Source: Patescibacteria group bacterium
GTDB lineage: Bacteria; Patescibacteriota; Patescibacteriia; JBDRGY01
Reading direction: 5' to 3'
Length of the DNA stretch: 64,000 nucleotides
NCBI GenBank assembly: GCA_043817315.1
Contig: JBDRGY010000014.1
Location: 8,690-72,689, forward strand
Numbering within the stretch: the stretch's first letter is position 1; each line of letters opens with the position of its first letter. The translations under genes were made by a program, and so were the position numbers. The notes below the pieces were generated by a model. It had not been told where the DNA came from, ran no database searches, and saw nothing but the letters and a program-made list of their open reading frames with translations. Of the stretch, positions 55,848-64,000 are shown one piece after another.

Positions 55848-56350
55848 TATTGCTTCTTATTAATAATTACGGAATACAGCCTGCCCTGTCTGGTTAGGGG
55901 CTGTTCGATTTTTATATCTCCCAGGGCTTCGATAAACTTGGTAATTTTCTCCTTGGCTAAATCCTGGTGAGCCATTTCTCGACCCCTTAGCCTCATTTCA
56001 ATCTTGACTTTGTCGCCTTTAGTCAAGAACTTAGTAGTCTGCTTACTGCGCACTTCCATATCATGATCGCCCATCTTTAAGGTTAGGCGCAATCCTTTGA
56101 GTTCAACTTTCTTTTGCTTGTGCTTCGATTTCTGCTCAGCCTTTTCTTGCTGGTATTTAAATTTCCCAAAGTCTATGAATTTACAGACAGGCGGTTGGGA
56201 AAGCGGTGATACCTCGACCAGGTCCAATCCTTTCTCTCTGGCCTGGTTGAGAGCATCTAAAGTATCAATCTCTCCTTGATGGTTGCCTCTTTCGTCGATT
56301 AGAACGACCTTGGGAACTCGAATTTGTTGATTCTTACGAAATTTTTTAAT
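55847..56350 (-). CDS. infC: Translation initiation factor IF-3 with a non-canonical AUU start codon
   Basis: The track ORF (55847-56227) holds only the C-terminal domain. The frame stays open upstream to a TAA at 56371-56369 and encodes the IF3 N-domain (KNQQIRVPKVVLIDERGNHQGEIDTLDALNQAREKGLDLVEVSP). No ATG/GTG/TTG is available, and there is an in-frame ATT at 56350-56348. The AUU start is the classical autoregulated infC start. Confidence 0.75.
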   Translation of the reverse strand: MKKFRKNQQIRVPKVVLIDERGNHQGEIDTLDALNQAREKGLDLVEVSPLSQPPVCKFIDFGKFKYQQEKAEQKSKHKQKKVELKGLRLTLKMGDHDMEVRSKQTTKFLTKGDKVKIEMRLRGREMAHQDLAKEKITKFIEALGDIKIEQPLTRQGRLYSVIINKKQ

Positions 56351-56445
56351 TGTTTGTTGGATTAAAGATTAGTAATGTGTAATGCGAGATGCGTAATGCG
56401 AAGCAATTCTCATTACCCATTACTCATTTCGCGTTACGTTTTTGT

Positions 56446-56839
56446 TGGTGGAGGTGAGGGGCTTTTCACCCCTGTCTAGCCAGCTCCTAAAATAATTATC
56501 TACCTACTTAGTCTGTTTAAGTTGTTCGAGCCGATCAGTATAAACAGACAAAATCTGATTAGCTCTAGTCCATTTTGGTTTCGATAATTCTACCTGGACA
56601 CGCGAATTATCTATCCTAATAAGTTGACACCCAAACTTGCCTATTAGGAGTCGGCAAATCCAGATGGCAGTAGATATTAAGCTACTGCAGGTGCAAGACT
56701 GAAGCTAGCAAAAGCTGCTTTAACCTTGCTGACAAGTGATTTGGCACTTATCGGTTTCTCCGATTATTTTACGAGTCTTCGGAGACTACTCGGAAGGCAA
56801 ATTATTTCAGGCTCAAACCATCGATTTTATAACACCCCC
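56446..56839 (-). ncRNA. ssrA: tmRNA (ssrA)
   Basis: On the minus strand, immediately downstream of smpB. The 5' end is GGGGGTGTTATAAAATCGATGG (tRNA-like, as in GGGGcUGauucuGGAUUCGACGG). The 3' end is ...CAGGGG-TGAAAAG-CCCCT-CACCTCC-A-CCA. The acceptor stem GGGGGTG/CACCTCC carries the G3:U70 wobble, the alanine identity element. A candidate tag reading frame ends ...AAFASFSLAPAVA-TAA, with the stop codon in the loop of hairpin GCAGTAG-cttaatat-CTACTGC (+ strand 56667-56688), as in helix 5 of known tmRNAs. Confidence 0.65.
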
Positions 56840-56844
56840 GTGTT

Positions 56845-57297
56845 TTATCTTTTTAAGGCTTTTCTGATTCGTCTGGCAACTTCCTTCTTTTTGATGTATT
56901 CGCGCTTATCGTACTTCTTCCTGCCCTTGCCAATTCCAAAATCGATTTTAATGAAGCCTTTCTTATTATAAACAGATAAGGGCACTAATGTCAAGCCTGA
57001 TTTACGGCCCCTCAGCTTCCCGGAGATTTTTCTCAACTCCGATTTGTGTACCAAAAGCAAGCGGGATCTGACGGGATCATAGTCCTTTTGAGCCTGACCA
57101 GCCTTTTGATACGGGGCAATGCGGGAATTGATCAAAAACAGGTTTCCTTGGCGGGGAGAGATATAGCTGCCCTTTAAGTTGAAATGTCCCAATTTAGCCG
57201 ATTTTACTTCAGGACCGGTTAAAACTATGCCGGCCTCCCATTTATCTAGAATTTCGTAGTCTAGATTGGCCCTTTTATTGCGAGCGATAGTTGGCAT
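56845..57297 (-). CDS. smpB: SsrA-binding protein SmpB
   Basis: MPTIARNKRANLDYEILDKWEAGIVLTGPEVKS... Confidence 0.9.
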   Translation of the reverse strand: MPTIARNKRANLDYEILDKWEAGIVLTGPEVKSAKLGHFNLKGSYISPRQGNLFLINSRIAPYQKAGQAQKDYDPVRSRLLLVHKSELRKISGKLRGRKSGLTLVPLSVYNKKGFIKIDFGIGKGRKKYDKREYIKKKEVARRIRKALKR

Positions 57298-57337
57298 TTT
57301 TTTGTGGTTATCTGATAAATAGATTATAATTTATACT

Positions 57338-58999
57338 ATGAAAACAGTAAAATCAAACATTGTTAGGGATGTCAGAAGGGTCTTCAATAATCTTTGGCCC
57401 CAGTTATTGGAAAAGGAGATTGAAGCGGAAGTGGATCATCCCCAGGAAGTCATACATGGTGATTATTCGACCAACGTGGCCCTAAGATTGGCATCTGAGC
57501 TAGGAGAAAGTCCCATGGTAATCGGTAATAAGATTATTACCGGTGGCTTGAAAATTGCGGGCTTAGAGAGGGCAGAAGTGGTGCCCCCAGGCTTTATTAA
57601 TTTTTATTTAAATGCAACTTGGCTTGGCCGACAGGTTAGGAAAGTCCTGGACCAGGGTAGTGATTTTGCTAGTTCTAATTTAGGAAAAAACCAGAAGGTG
57701 CAAGTAGAGTTTATCTCGGCTAATCCGACTGGACCGCTGCATGTGGGTAACGGACGAGGTGCTTTTACCGGTGACGCCCTGGCCAATGTATTCGATAAAC
57801 TGGGCTACAAAGTACAACGTGAGTATTACGTCAATGATATCGGAAAGCAGGTTGATCGCTTGGCTGAGTCAGTCACCAGACGCTATTTGAAACAGCAGGG
57901 GATCTCTGTTGATTATCCGGACTATTGCTACAAAGGTAAGTACATTGACCAATTGGCCAAAGAATTGAATCTGCATAAGTATAAACTGACCAACATCAAC
58001 TTATTGAAGTCTAGAATTCGTTACCGGGCTTTGCAGATGATGATTAAGGATATGAAGAAGACGGTGACCGAGAAACTTAAGATCAAATTTGATAATTGGT
58101 TTTCCGAGAAATCCTTGTACAAATCTGGTGCTGTTGATCAAGTATTAACCGACCTCAAAAAAAAAGACCTCTTATATAAAAAAGACGGAGCCATCTGGGT
58201 TAAAACCTCGAAGTACGGAGATGACAAGGATAGAGTAGTGGTCAAAGCAAGCGAAGACCAAACCTATTTTCTTTCTGATATCGCTTACCTTTGGAATAAA
58301 TTAGAAGTTAGAAAGTTTGATAAGGTGATAGATATCTGGGGAGCGGATCATCACGGCTATGTCAATAGGATGTTGAGCATGACCAAAGCTCTGGACCATC
58401 AAGGGAAATTTGATATTATTATTGTCCAGCTGGTCCGTCTGATGGAGGGAGGAGTGGAAATTAGGATGGCCAAAAGAACCGGTACCTATGTTACTCTGGA
58501 TGAATTGGTGTCCGAAGTGGGGTTGGATGCTACACGTTTCTTCTTTTTGATGCACGCCTTTGATACTCATATGGATTTTGATATGACTTTGGCCAAGAAG
58601 AAATCTGATAAAAACCCGGTCTATTACGTCCAATATGCTCATGCCAGGATATGTAGTATAATTAATAAGGTTGCCAAAGAAACCAAGCAGACCAAAAAGA
58701 AACCCAAAAAAACAGAACAAAAAAAGATCTATTTGCGAGAAGGGGCAGAAACTGCCCTGGCCAAGATGCTGTTGCGATTTCCGGAAGTCTTGGAGGAAGT
58801 GGTTATTACCTATCAAGTTCATAAATTACCCAACTATTGCAGAGAACTTGCTTCCTCTTTCCATGACTTTTATACTCAATGCAGGGTGATCGAGGCCGAG
58901 GGTATCAATTGGAGCCGGGTCAGACTGATTAAAGCAACTCAGATTGTTCTGGAAGAAAGTTTAAGGGTAATGGGCATTAGCGCCCCTAAAAAGATGTAA
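57338..58999 (+). CDS. argS: Arginyl-tRNA synthetase
   Basis: Class I HIGH-type motif (PTGPLHVGNGRG), a KMSK-like RMAKRTG, and a DALR anticodon-binding C-terminus. Confidence 0.9.
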   Translation: MKTVKSNIVRDVRRVFNNLWPQLLEKEIEAEVDHPQEVIHGDYSTNVALRLASELGESPMVIGNKIITGGLKIAGLERAEVVPPGFINFYLNATWLGRQVRKVLDQGSDFASSNLGKNQKVQVEFISANPTGPLHVGNGRGAFTGDALANVFDKLGYKVQREYYVNDIGKQVDRLAESVTRRYLKQQGISVDYPDYCYKGKYIDQLAKELNLHKYKLTNINLLKSRIRYRALQMMIKDMKKTVTEKLKIKFDNWFSEKSLYKSGAVDQVLTDLKKKDLLYKKDGAIWVKTSKYGDDKDRVVVKASEDQTYFLSDIAYLWNKLEVRKFDKVIDIWGADHHGYVNRMLSMTKALDHQGKFDIIIVQLVRLMEGGVEIRMAKRTGTYVTLDELVSEVGLDATRFFFLMHAFDTHMDFDMTLAKKKSDKNPVYYVQYAHARICSIINKVAKETKQTKKKPKKTEQKKIYLREGAETALAKMLLRFPEVLEEVVITYQVHKLPNYCRELASSFHDFYTQCRVIEAEGINWSRVRLIKATQIVLEESLRVMGISAPKKM

Positions 59000-59004
59000 A
59001 AACT

Positions 59005-60204
59005 ATGAGAATTGGTATAGATTGTCGAACAATTTTAAATCCAGGCAAAGGCGAACAAGCTGGAGTCGGCCATTATACTTATTATTTGATCAAGAATCTA
59101 CTAAAGAACGACAAAAAGAATCAGTACGTCCTTTTCTTTGATTACCGGGTGACTAAGACTAGAGAGTTTAAGCAAAAGAACGTTGAGGTCAAGTACTTCC
59201 CTTTTTCTGAGTACAAGAAGTTTCTTCCCTTTTCCTACTCTCACATGTTGATCTCCGCTTTTATATCTAGGGCCAAGCTGGATATCTATCATTCACCGGC
59301 TAATGTCATCCCCTATACCTATTCCGGCCCCTCGGTTATTACGGTGCACGACTTGGCAATCTACAAACATCCAGAATGGTTCCCCCGGGGCCAGAAATTC
59401 AGCACCAGGCTTTTGGTACCCAAGAGCTTGCATAAAGCCAAAAGGATAATCGCTGTTTCTCAAGCTACCAAAAAAGACATCATCAAACTATTTAAAATAC
59501 CGGCCCACAAAATTGATGTGATTTACGAAGGAGTTTTTCGAGAGAAACCCAAAGTCGGCTTCCAAGCTGTTAAGAAAAAGCACGGTTTAGCTGATGATTA
59601 CATTTTATTCTTGGGCACTATCGAACCTCGCAAAAATCTAATCGGTTTGGTTCATGCCTATGCTGAACTAATCAAGAATAAACGATTTAGCAAATACCAA
59701 TTGGTGATTGCTGGTGCCAAGGGCTGGAAAGAGGGAGAGGTTTTCAAAACTATCAGAAAGATGAAGCTCGAAGATAGAGTACTTTATCTGGGCTATGTAG
59801 CCCACCAGGATAAATTAAGCTTGATTTCCAACGCCAAGGTATTTATCTTTCCATCATACTATGAGGGTTTCGGCTTACCAATTTTAGAAGCCATGGAATT
59901 GGGCGCACCGGTTATTACCAGCAATGTTTCCTCTATTCCTGAAGTGACCAATCATTCAGCTGTTCATATCAACCCCACCAAAGAAAAAGAAATTGTCCAG
60001 GCCCTGGCCAAAGTTTTGGGCAGTGCTGTAGTCAGGAGAAAACTGCGGGCTGCCGGTATCAATAAGGCCAAGCAGTTTTCTTGGCAGAAGTGTGCCCAGC
60101 AGACCGGTGCAGTTTACCGAAAGGTATATCAAGAGATAAAAAGGGAAGCCAAAGCCAAAGAGGCCAGAAAAAAGAAGTCCAAGCAGCCTAAAAAGAAAAA
60201 ATAG
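59005..60204 (+). CDS. Glycosyltransferase family 4 (GT-B fold) with a Lys-rich C-terminal tail
   Basis: EGFGLPILEAMELGAPVITSN, the GT4 E-X7-E region. Confidence 0.75.
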   Translation: MRIGIDCRTILNPGKGEQAGVGHYTYYLIKNLLKNDKKNQYVLFFDYRVTKTREFKQKNVEVKYFPFSEYKKFLPFSYSHMLISAFISRAKLDIYHSPANVIPYTYSGPSVITVHDLAIYKHPEWFPRGQKFSTRLLVPKSLHKAKRIIAVSQATKKDIIKLFKIPAHKIDVIYEGVFREKPKVGFQAVKKKHGLADDYILFLGTIEPRKNLIGLVHAYAELIKNKRFSKYQLVIAGAKGWKEGEVFKTIRKMKLEDRVLYLGYVAHQDKLSLISNAKVFIFPSYYEGFGLPILEAMELGAPVITSNVSSIPEVTNHSAVHINPTKEKEIVQALAKVLGSAVVRRKLRAAGINKAKQFSWQKCAQQTGAVYRKVYQEIKREAKAKEARKKKSKQPKKKK

Positions 60205-60216
60205 TTTTTTATTTAG

Positions 60217-60441
60217 ATGGAATTCCGAGTCAAAGTCATTAGCAATGCCGATAGAAATGAAATCATCGAAGTAGACGATGATTTTTTAAAAGTGAAAATA
60301 ACCGCTTCACCGGCCAAGGGGAAAGCCAATCAGGCTTTGATAAAGCTATTGGCCAAAGAGTTTGGAGTACCCCCATCAGAAATTATAATACTAAAAGGGC
60401 TAAAAGCCCGAGATAAAGTCGTAGTCATCGGTTTGACTTAA
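60217..60441 (+). CDS. DUF167/YggU (UPF0235) family protein
   Basis: 74 aa: FRVKVISNADRNEI...LKVKITASPAKGKANQALIKLLAKEFGV. Confidence 0.6.
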   Translation: MEFRVKVISNADRNEIIEVDDDFLKVKITASPAKGKANQALIKLLAKEFGVPPSEIIILKGLKARDKVVVIGLT

Positions 60442-60471
60442 AGCCGAAATTGCCTTAAATTAAAGGGTAGA

Positions 60472-63363
60472 ATGCTAGACAAACCGAATTTCCCGGAGCT
60501 GGAAGAAGAAGTCCTTAAATTCTGGGAAGACAACCAAATATTCCAACAATCCTTGGACAAGAAATCACCCAAGGGTGATTTTATCTTTTATGAAGGACCG
60601 CCGACAGCTAACGGCCGACCTCACATTGGCCATGTTTTAGCGCGAGCTTTCAAGGATTTATTTCCCCGCTACAAAACGATGCAGGGTTATCACGTGGCCA
60701 GAAAAGCTGGTTGGGATACCCACGGTTTGCCGGTTGAATTGGAGGTTGAGAAAGCCATCAACATTTCTGGCAAGAAACAAATTGAGGAGTTTGGAGTAGA
60801 GAAATTCAACAAGCAGTGTAAAGATTCCGTCTGGAAATACAAAGGAGAATGGGAAAAAATGACCAAAAGGATCGGATTCTGGATAGATTTGGAACATCCC
60901 TATGTTACTTACGACAATGAATACATTGAATCTGTCTGGTGGATTCTAAAACAGATTTGGGACAAGCAGCTTTTATACAAAGGTCATAAGGTAGTGCCCC
61001 AATGTCCGAGATGCGGGACTGCCTTGTCGTCACATGAAGTAGCTCAAGGTTATAAATCAATTACTGAAGAGTCAGTTTACCTCAAATTCAAATTAGTTGA
61101 TCAAAAAAACACTTATGTCTTAGCCTGGACTACTACTCCCTGGACTTTACCGGGTAATGTAGCCTTGGCCCTGGGTCCTAAAGTAACTTATGTCAAAGTT
61201 AAACAAGGAAATGAGTATTACATTTTAGCCAAAGACCGTTTAGATATTTTAGAAAGTAAATACGAAATTGTTGAAGAGTATAAAGCTAAGGATTTGGACG
61301 GTAAAAGGTACCAACCACTGTTCGATTTCTTGGATTTGGAAAAGGTAACAGGCAAATCCGGCTACCGATTGGCCTTGGCTGATTTTGTGACCGTGGAAGA
61401 TGGCACTGGAGTGGTACACACCGCCGTGATGTACGGAGAAGATGATTACAATCTGGGAGAGGAAATAGGTTTACCCAAACAACATACGGTCAATGACGAC
61501 GGCACCTTTACCGATTTGGTAAAACCGTGGGCCGGTAAGTTCGTTAAGGATGCGGAAGCAGAAATCACCCAACACTTAAAGGACAAGGGCTTGTTATATA
61601 AAACTGAACAAACTACGCATGATTATCCTTTTTGCTGGCGCTGTGAAACACCACTGCTTTATTACGCTAAGGATTCCTGGTTTATCAAAATGTCAGCGTT
61701 GCGCAGCGAATTAATCGCTAATAACAAGAAGATTAATTGGATTCCGGAATACATCAAAGAAGGTAGATTCGGTGAATGGTTAAACGAAGTAAAAGACTGG
61801 GCCATATCGAGAGAAAGATACTGGGGAACTCCTTTGCCCATTTGGCAGTGTACCAGTTGTCACCAGAATGAATGTCTGGGCTCTATCGAAGAGCTGACTA
61901 AAAAAGTGAATAAGTCGAAAATCAAAGGCCAGGAGGCCAAACTAACCAAACTTGATTTACACCGACCTTATGTAGATGAATTGGTCTGGAAATGTGATTG
62001 TGGTGGAGAGATGAGAAGAGTCTCGGAGGTGATCGACTGCTGGTTTGATTCTGGATCCATGCCCTTTGCCCAATGGCACTATCCTTTTGAAAACGAAGAT
62101 CTAATCGATAAAGGCAAAGCCTATCCCGCCGATTTTATTGCTGAAGCTATTGATCAAACTAGAGGTTGGTTCTATACCTTATTGGCCATTGGAACTTTAT
62201 TAGGCAAAGGAAGTCCCTATAAAAACGTGATCTGTCACGGTCACGTAATGGATGCCAAGGGCCAAAAAATGTCCAAACGTTTAGGGAACGTGATTTCACC
62301 CTGGGAAATGATCGATAAATTCGGTGCTGATGCTATCCGCTGGTTTCTCTACACCGTTAACCAGCCCGGGGAACCAAAGAATTTTGATCCCAAAGCAGTT
62401 GAAGATGTCATCAAAAAGAATTTTCTGTTACTGTGGAATGTTTTGTCGTTTTATAAAACCTACGAGGATGAGGTTAAATCAGATAAATTGAAACCAAAGC
62501 ATGTTCTGGATTTGTGGGTGTTGGCCAAGCTGGATCTATTAGTTAAAGAAGTTACCGAAGAACTAGACAGATATCAAGTGGCCGGGTCAGCCAGAAAGAT
62601 CACAGCTTTTATCAATCAACTTTCTACCTGGTATCTAAGAAGATCTCGAGACAGGTTTAAAGGTGATGACCAAAAGGATAAGGATCAGGCCATCTTAACC
62701 TTGCAACATTGCCTGGTAACCCTGAATAAAGTGTTGGCTCCGTTTGCCCCGATGATCAGTGAAGCCTTTTATCAGGAATTGAATGAAGAGCAGCGATCGA
62801 TTCATCTGGAAGACTGGCCAGAGCCAGCCAAAAAGGTAGATGAAGAATTATTGACCGAAATGGAAACAGTCAGGTTATTGGTGGAAAAAGTTTTAGCCAT
62901 CAGAAAAGAGGCTGGTATCAAAGTGAGACAACCCCTGGCCTCTGTTCAAGTCAAGGGTAAAGCCATCAAGGATCAGCTGTTGGATTTAGCCAAAGATGAA
63001 TTGAATGTAAAGGAAGTGAACTTTGTTAAGCAATTGGAGCCAGGGGCCAAGTGGGCAGTTAAGGAAAACGTAGCCCTTAATACAGAGGTTAGCGATGTCT
63101 TGGCAGAAGAGGGAACAGTCAGGGAAATCATCCGTTCTGTTAATCAGCTGCGCAAGAAACAGAAACTAACCGTTTCCGATCAGATAAAGGTTATTTATCA
63201 GGCAGATAGTGATCAGCTGGCTAAGCTGGTAGATAATAATAAAGAAGAAATATTAAAATCGACCATTAGTTTTGCCCTTGAAAAGGGCACAGTGGCAGAT
63301 GACAGTCAAGAAGTTAAGGTGCCACAAGGTAAAATCAGGATTTCAATACAGAGCAAGCAATAA
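60472..63363 (+). CDS. ileS: Isoleucyl-tRNA synthetase (type 2-like)
   Basis: PPTANGRPHIGH (HIGH motif), KMSKRLGN (KMSKS motif) and the IleRS-type CP1 editing region. Confidence 0.85.
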   Translation: MLDKPNFPELEEEVLKFWEDNQIFQQSLDKKSPKGDFIFYEGPPTANGRPHIGHVLARAFKDLFPRYKTMQGYHVARKAGWDTHGLPVELEVEKAINISGKKQIEEFGVEKFNKQCKDSVWKYKGEWEKMTKRIGFWIDLEHPYVTYDNEYIESVWWILKQIWDKQLLYKGHKVVPQCPRCGTALSSHEVAQGYKSITEESVYLKFKLVDQKNTYVLAWTTTPWTLPGNVALALGPKVTYVKVKQGNEYYILAKDRLDILESKYEIVEEYKAKDLDGKRYQPLFDFLDLEKVTGKSGYRLALADFVTVEDGTGVVHTAVMYGEDDYNLGEEIGLPKQHTVNDDGTFTDLVKPWAGKFVKDAEAEITQHLKDKGLLYKTEQTTHDYPFCWRCETPLLYYAKDSWFIKMSALRSELIANNKKINWIPEYIKEGRFGEWLNEVKDWAISRERYWGTPLPIWQCTSCHQNECLGSIEELTKKVNKSKIKGQEAKLTKLDLHRPYVDELVWKCDCGGEMRRVSEVIDCWFDSGSMPFAQWHYPFENEDLIDKGKAYPADFIAEAIDQTRGWFYTLLAIGTLLGKGSPYKNVICHGHVMDAKGQKMSKRLGNVISPWEMIDKFGADAIRWFLYTVNQPGEPKNFDPKAVEDVIKKNFLLLWNVLSFYKTYEDEVKSDKLKPKHVLDLWVLAKLDLLVKEVTEELDRYQVAGSARKITAFINQLSTWYLRRSRDRFKGDDQKDKDQAILTLQHCLVTLNKVLAPFAPMISEAFYQELNEEQRSIHLEDWPEPAKKVDEELLTEMETVRLLVEKVLAIRKEAGIKVRQPLASVQVKGKAIKDQLLDLAKDELNVKEVNFVKQLEPGAKWAVKENVALNTEVSDVLAEEGTVREIIRSVNQLRKKQKLTVSDQIKVIYQADSDQLAKLVDNNKEEILKSTISFALEKGTVADDSQEVKVPQGKIRISIQSKQ

Positions 63364-63410
63364 GCGCTTGAATTTTATCATTAATATTGGTAAAATAGTC
63401 GAGCGTTTTT

Positions 63411-64000
63411 ATGATTGAAGACAATAAAAAATACGACGTTTTGATTGTTGGCGCAGGACCTGCGGGTCTTTTTGCCGCTTATGAAATAGTCCAAAAAAGC
63501 CCCAAAACTTCAGTTTGCCTGGTGGATATGGGTAAATCGATCAAGAAGAGGAGCAAAAAAGATGTAATGACCGGAGTGGGCGGGGCAGGCACTTTTTCCG
63601 ACGGCAAACTGCATTTTACCCCGGTTTTGTCTCATGAAAAGATGTTTCATCTGTATCCGATTGCTGAATACCAGAAATACATCGATTATGTCGATAAGTT
63701 ATTTACTGATTTCGGGGTAGATTCTCCTTACACCCCGGAAAATTATAGCGAAGTCAACAAACTGGTGGATGACTGTAAAAGGAACGGTATCCATTTGTTT
63801 ATCCGTAAAGCCAGACATGTGGGGACCGATGTTCTGTCTAAAATCATCGGTGACTTCGAAGATGATTTGAGAAAGAAGAAGGTTGAATTCAAGACTGAAA
63901 CAGAAGTTACTGATCTGATTGTCAAAGATGACCGATGCCAAGGTGTTATAACCAAAGAAGGCAAAGAGATTCTGGCTGTCAAAGTAATCCTGGCTCCGGG
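63411..64000 (+). CDS. FAD-dependent oxidoreductase (COG2509-like), 3'-truncated at the window edge
   Basis: ATG at 63411. Rossmann GxGxxG (DVLIVGAGPAGLFAAYEI) and GVGGAGTFSDGKL. The frame is open to the end of the window, so this ORF is absent from the supplied ORF track. Confidence 0.6.
   Translation, partial: MIEDNKKYDVLIVGAGPAGLFAAYEIVQKSPKTSVCLVDMGKSIKKRSKKDVMTGVGGAGTFSDGKLHFTPVLSHEKMFHLYPIAEYQKYIDYVDKLFTDFGVDSPYTPENYSEVNKLVDDCKRNGIHLFIRKARHVGTDVLSKIIGDFEDDLRKKKVEFKTETEVTDLIVKDDRCQGVITKEGKEILAVKVILAP

Noticed and set aside
56640-56720. SRP (4.5S) RNA-like or other small ncRNA suggested by GCAGTAG...CTACTGC and GCTAGC...GCTGC hairpins
   Set aside because: The hairpins are explained as the tag-stop helix of the tmRNA on the opposite strand. 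Similarity to the SRP domain IV consensus was weak.

Overview
This 64 kb window reads as a compact, AT-rich (about 40% GC) chromosomal segment, almost entirely on the + strand, with short intergenic regions. The gene set and architecture resemble a Candidate Phyla Radiation (Patescibacteria-like) bacterium; this is inference from gene content, not a database result. The standard genetic code is used: TGA is the stop at the prfB frameshift site, so TGA is not recoded. 

Housekeeping genes I recognise: hisS, lepB, rpsU-yqeY, ybeY-dgkA, ftsA-ftsZ, class II (B12-dependent) RNR nrdJ with an ATP-cone, a cobalamin adenosyltransferase, htrA, prfB carrying the canonical +1 programmed frameshift, glmS, comEC as two ORFs split by a GIY-YIG gene, two DsbA-like proteins, an ABC exporter, lgt, tandem REC-only response regulators, rplT-rpmI-infC (infC with an AUU start), smpB, argS, a GT4 glycosyltransferase and ileS. 

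RNA genes: tRNA-Val(CAC), tRNA-Asp(GUC) flanked by partial copies of itself, an unannotated tmRNA (ssrA) beside smpB on the minus strand, and a cobalamin riboswitch upstream of a DUF4430/membrane-protein pair. 

The accessory content is dominated by cell-surface genes. There is a 2090-aa protein with an N-terminal VirB2/TrbC-like pilin domain followed by IPT/TIG domains, Cys-rich modules and a C-terminal CBM4/9-like domain, with two membrane-anchored Asp-rich calcium-repeat proteins immediately downstream. There is also a 1712-aa secreted giant with an internally duplicated about 120-aa domain, a LysM/pseudopilin-like fusion, and an NHL/IPT/FG-GAP protein. 

Two higher-GC islands each carry their own consensus sigma70 promoter and terminator and look horizontally acquired: 45.37-48.17 kb (SPFH-like protein plus a membrane partner) and 37.44-38.44 kb (an HExxH lipoprotein).
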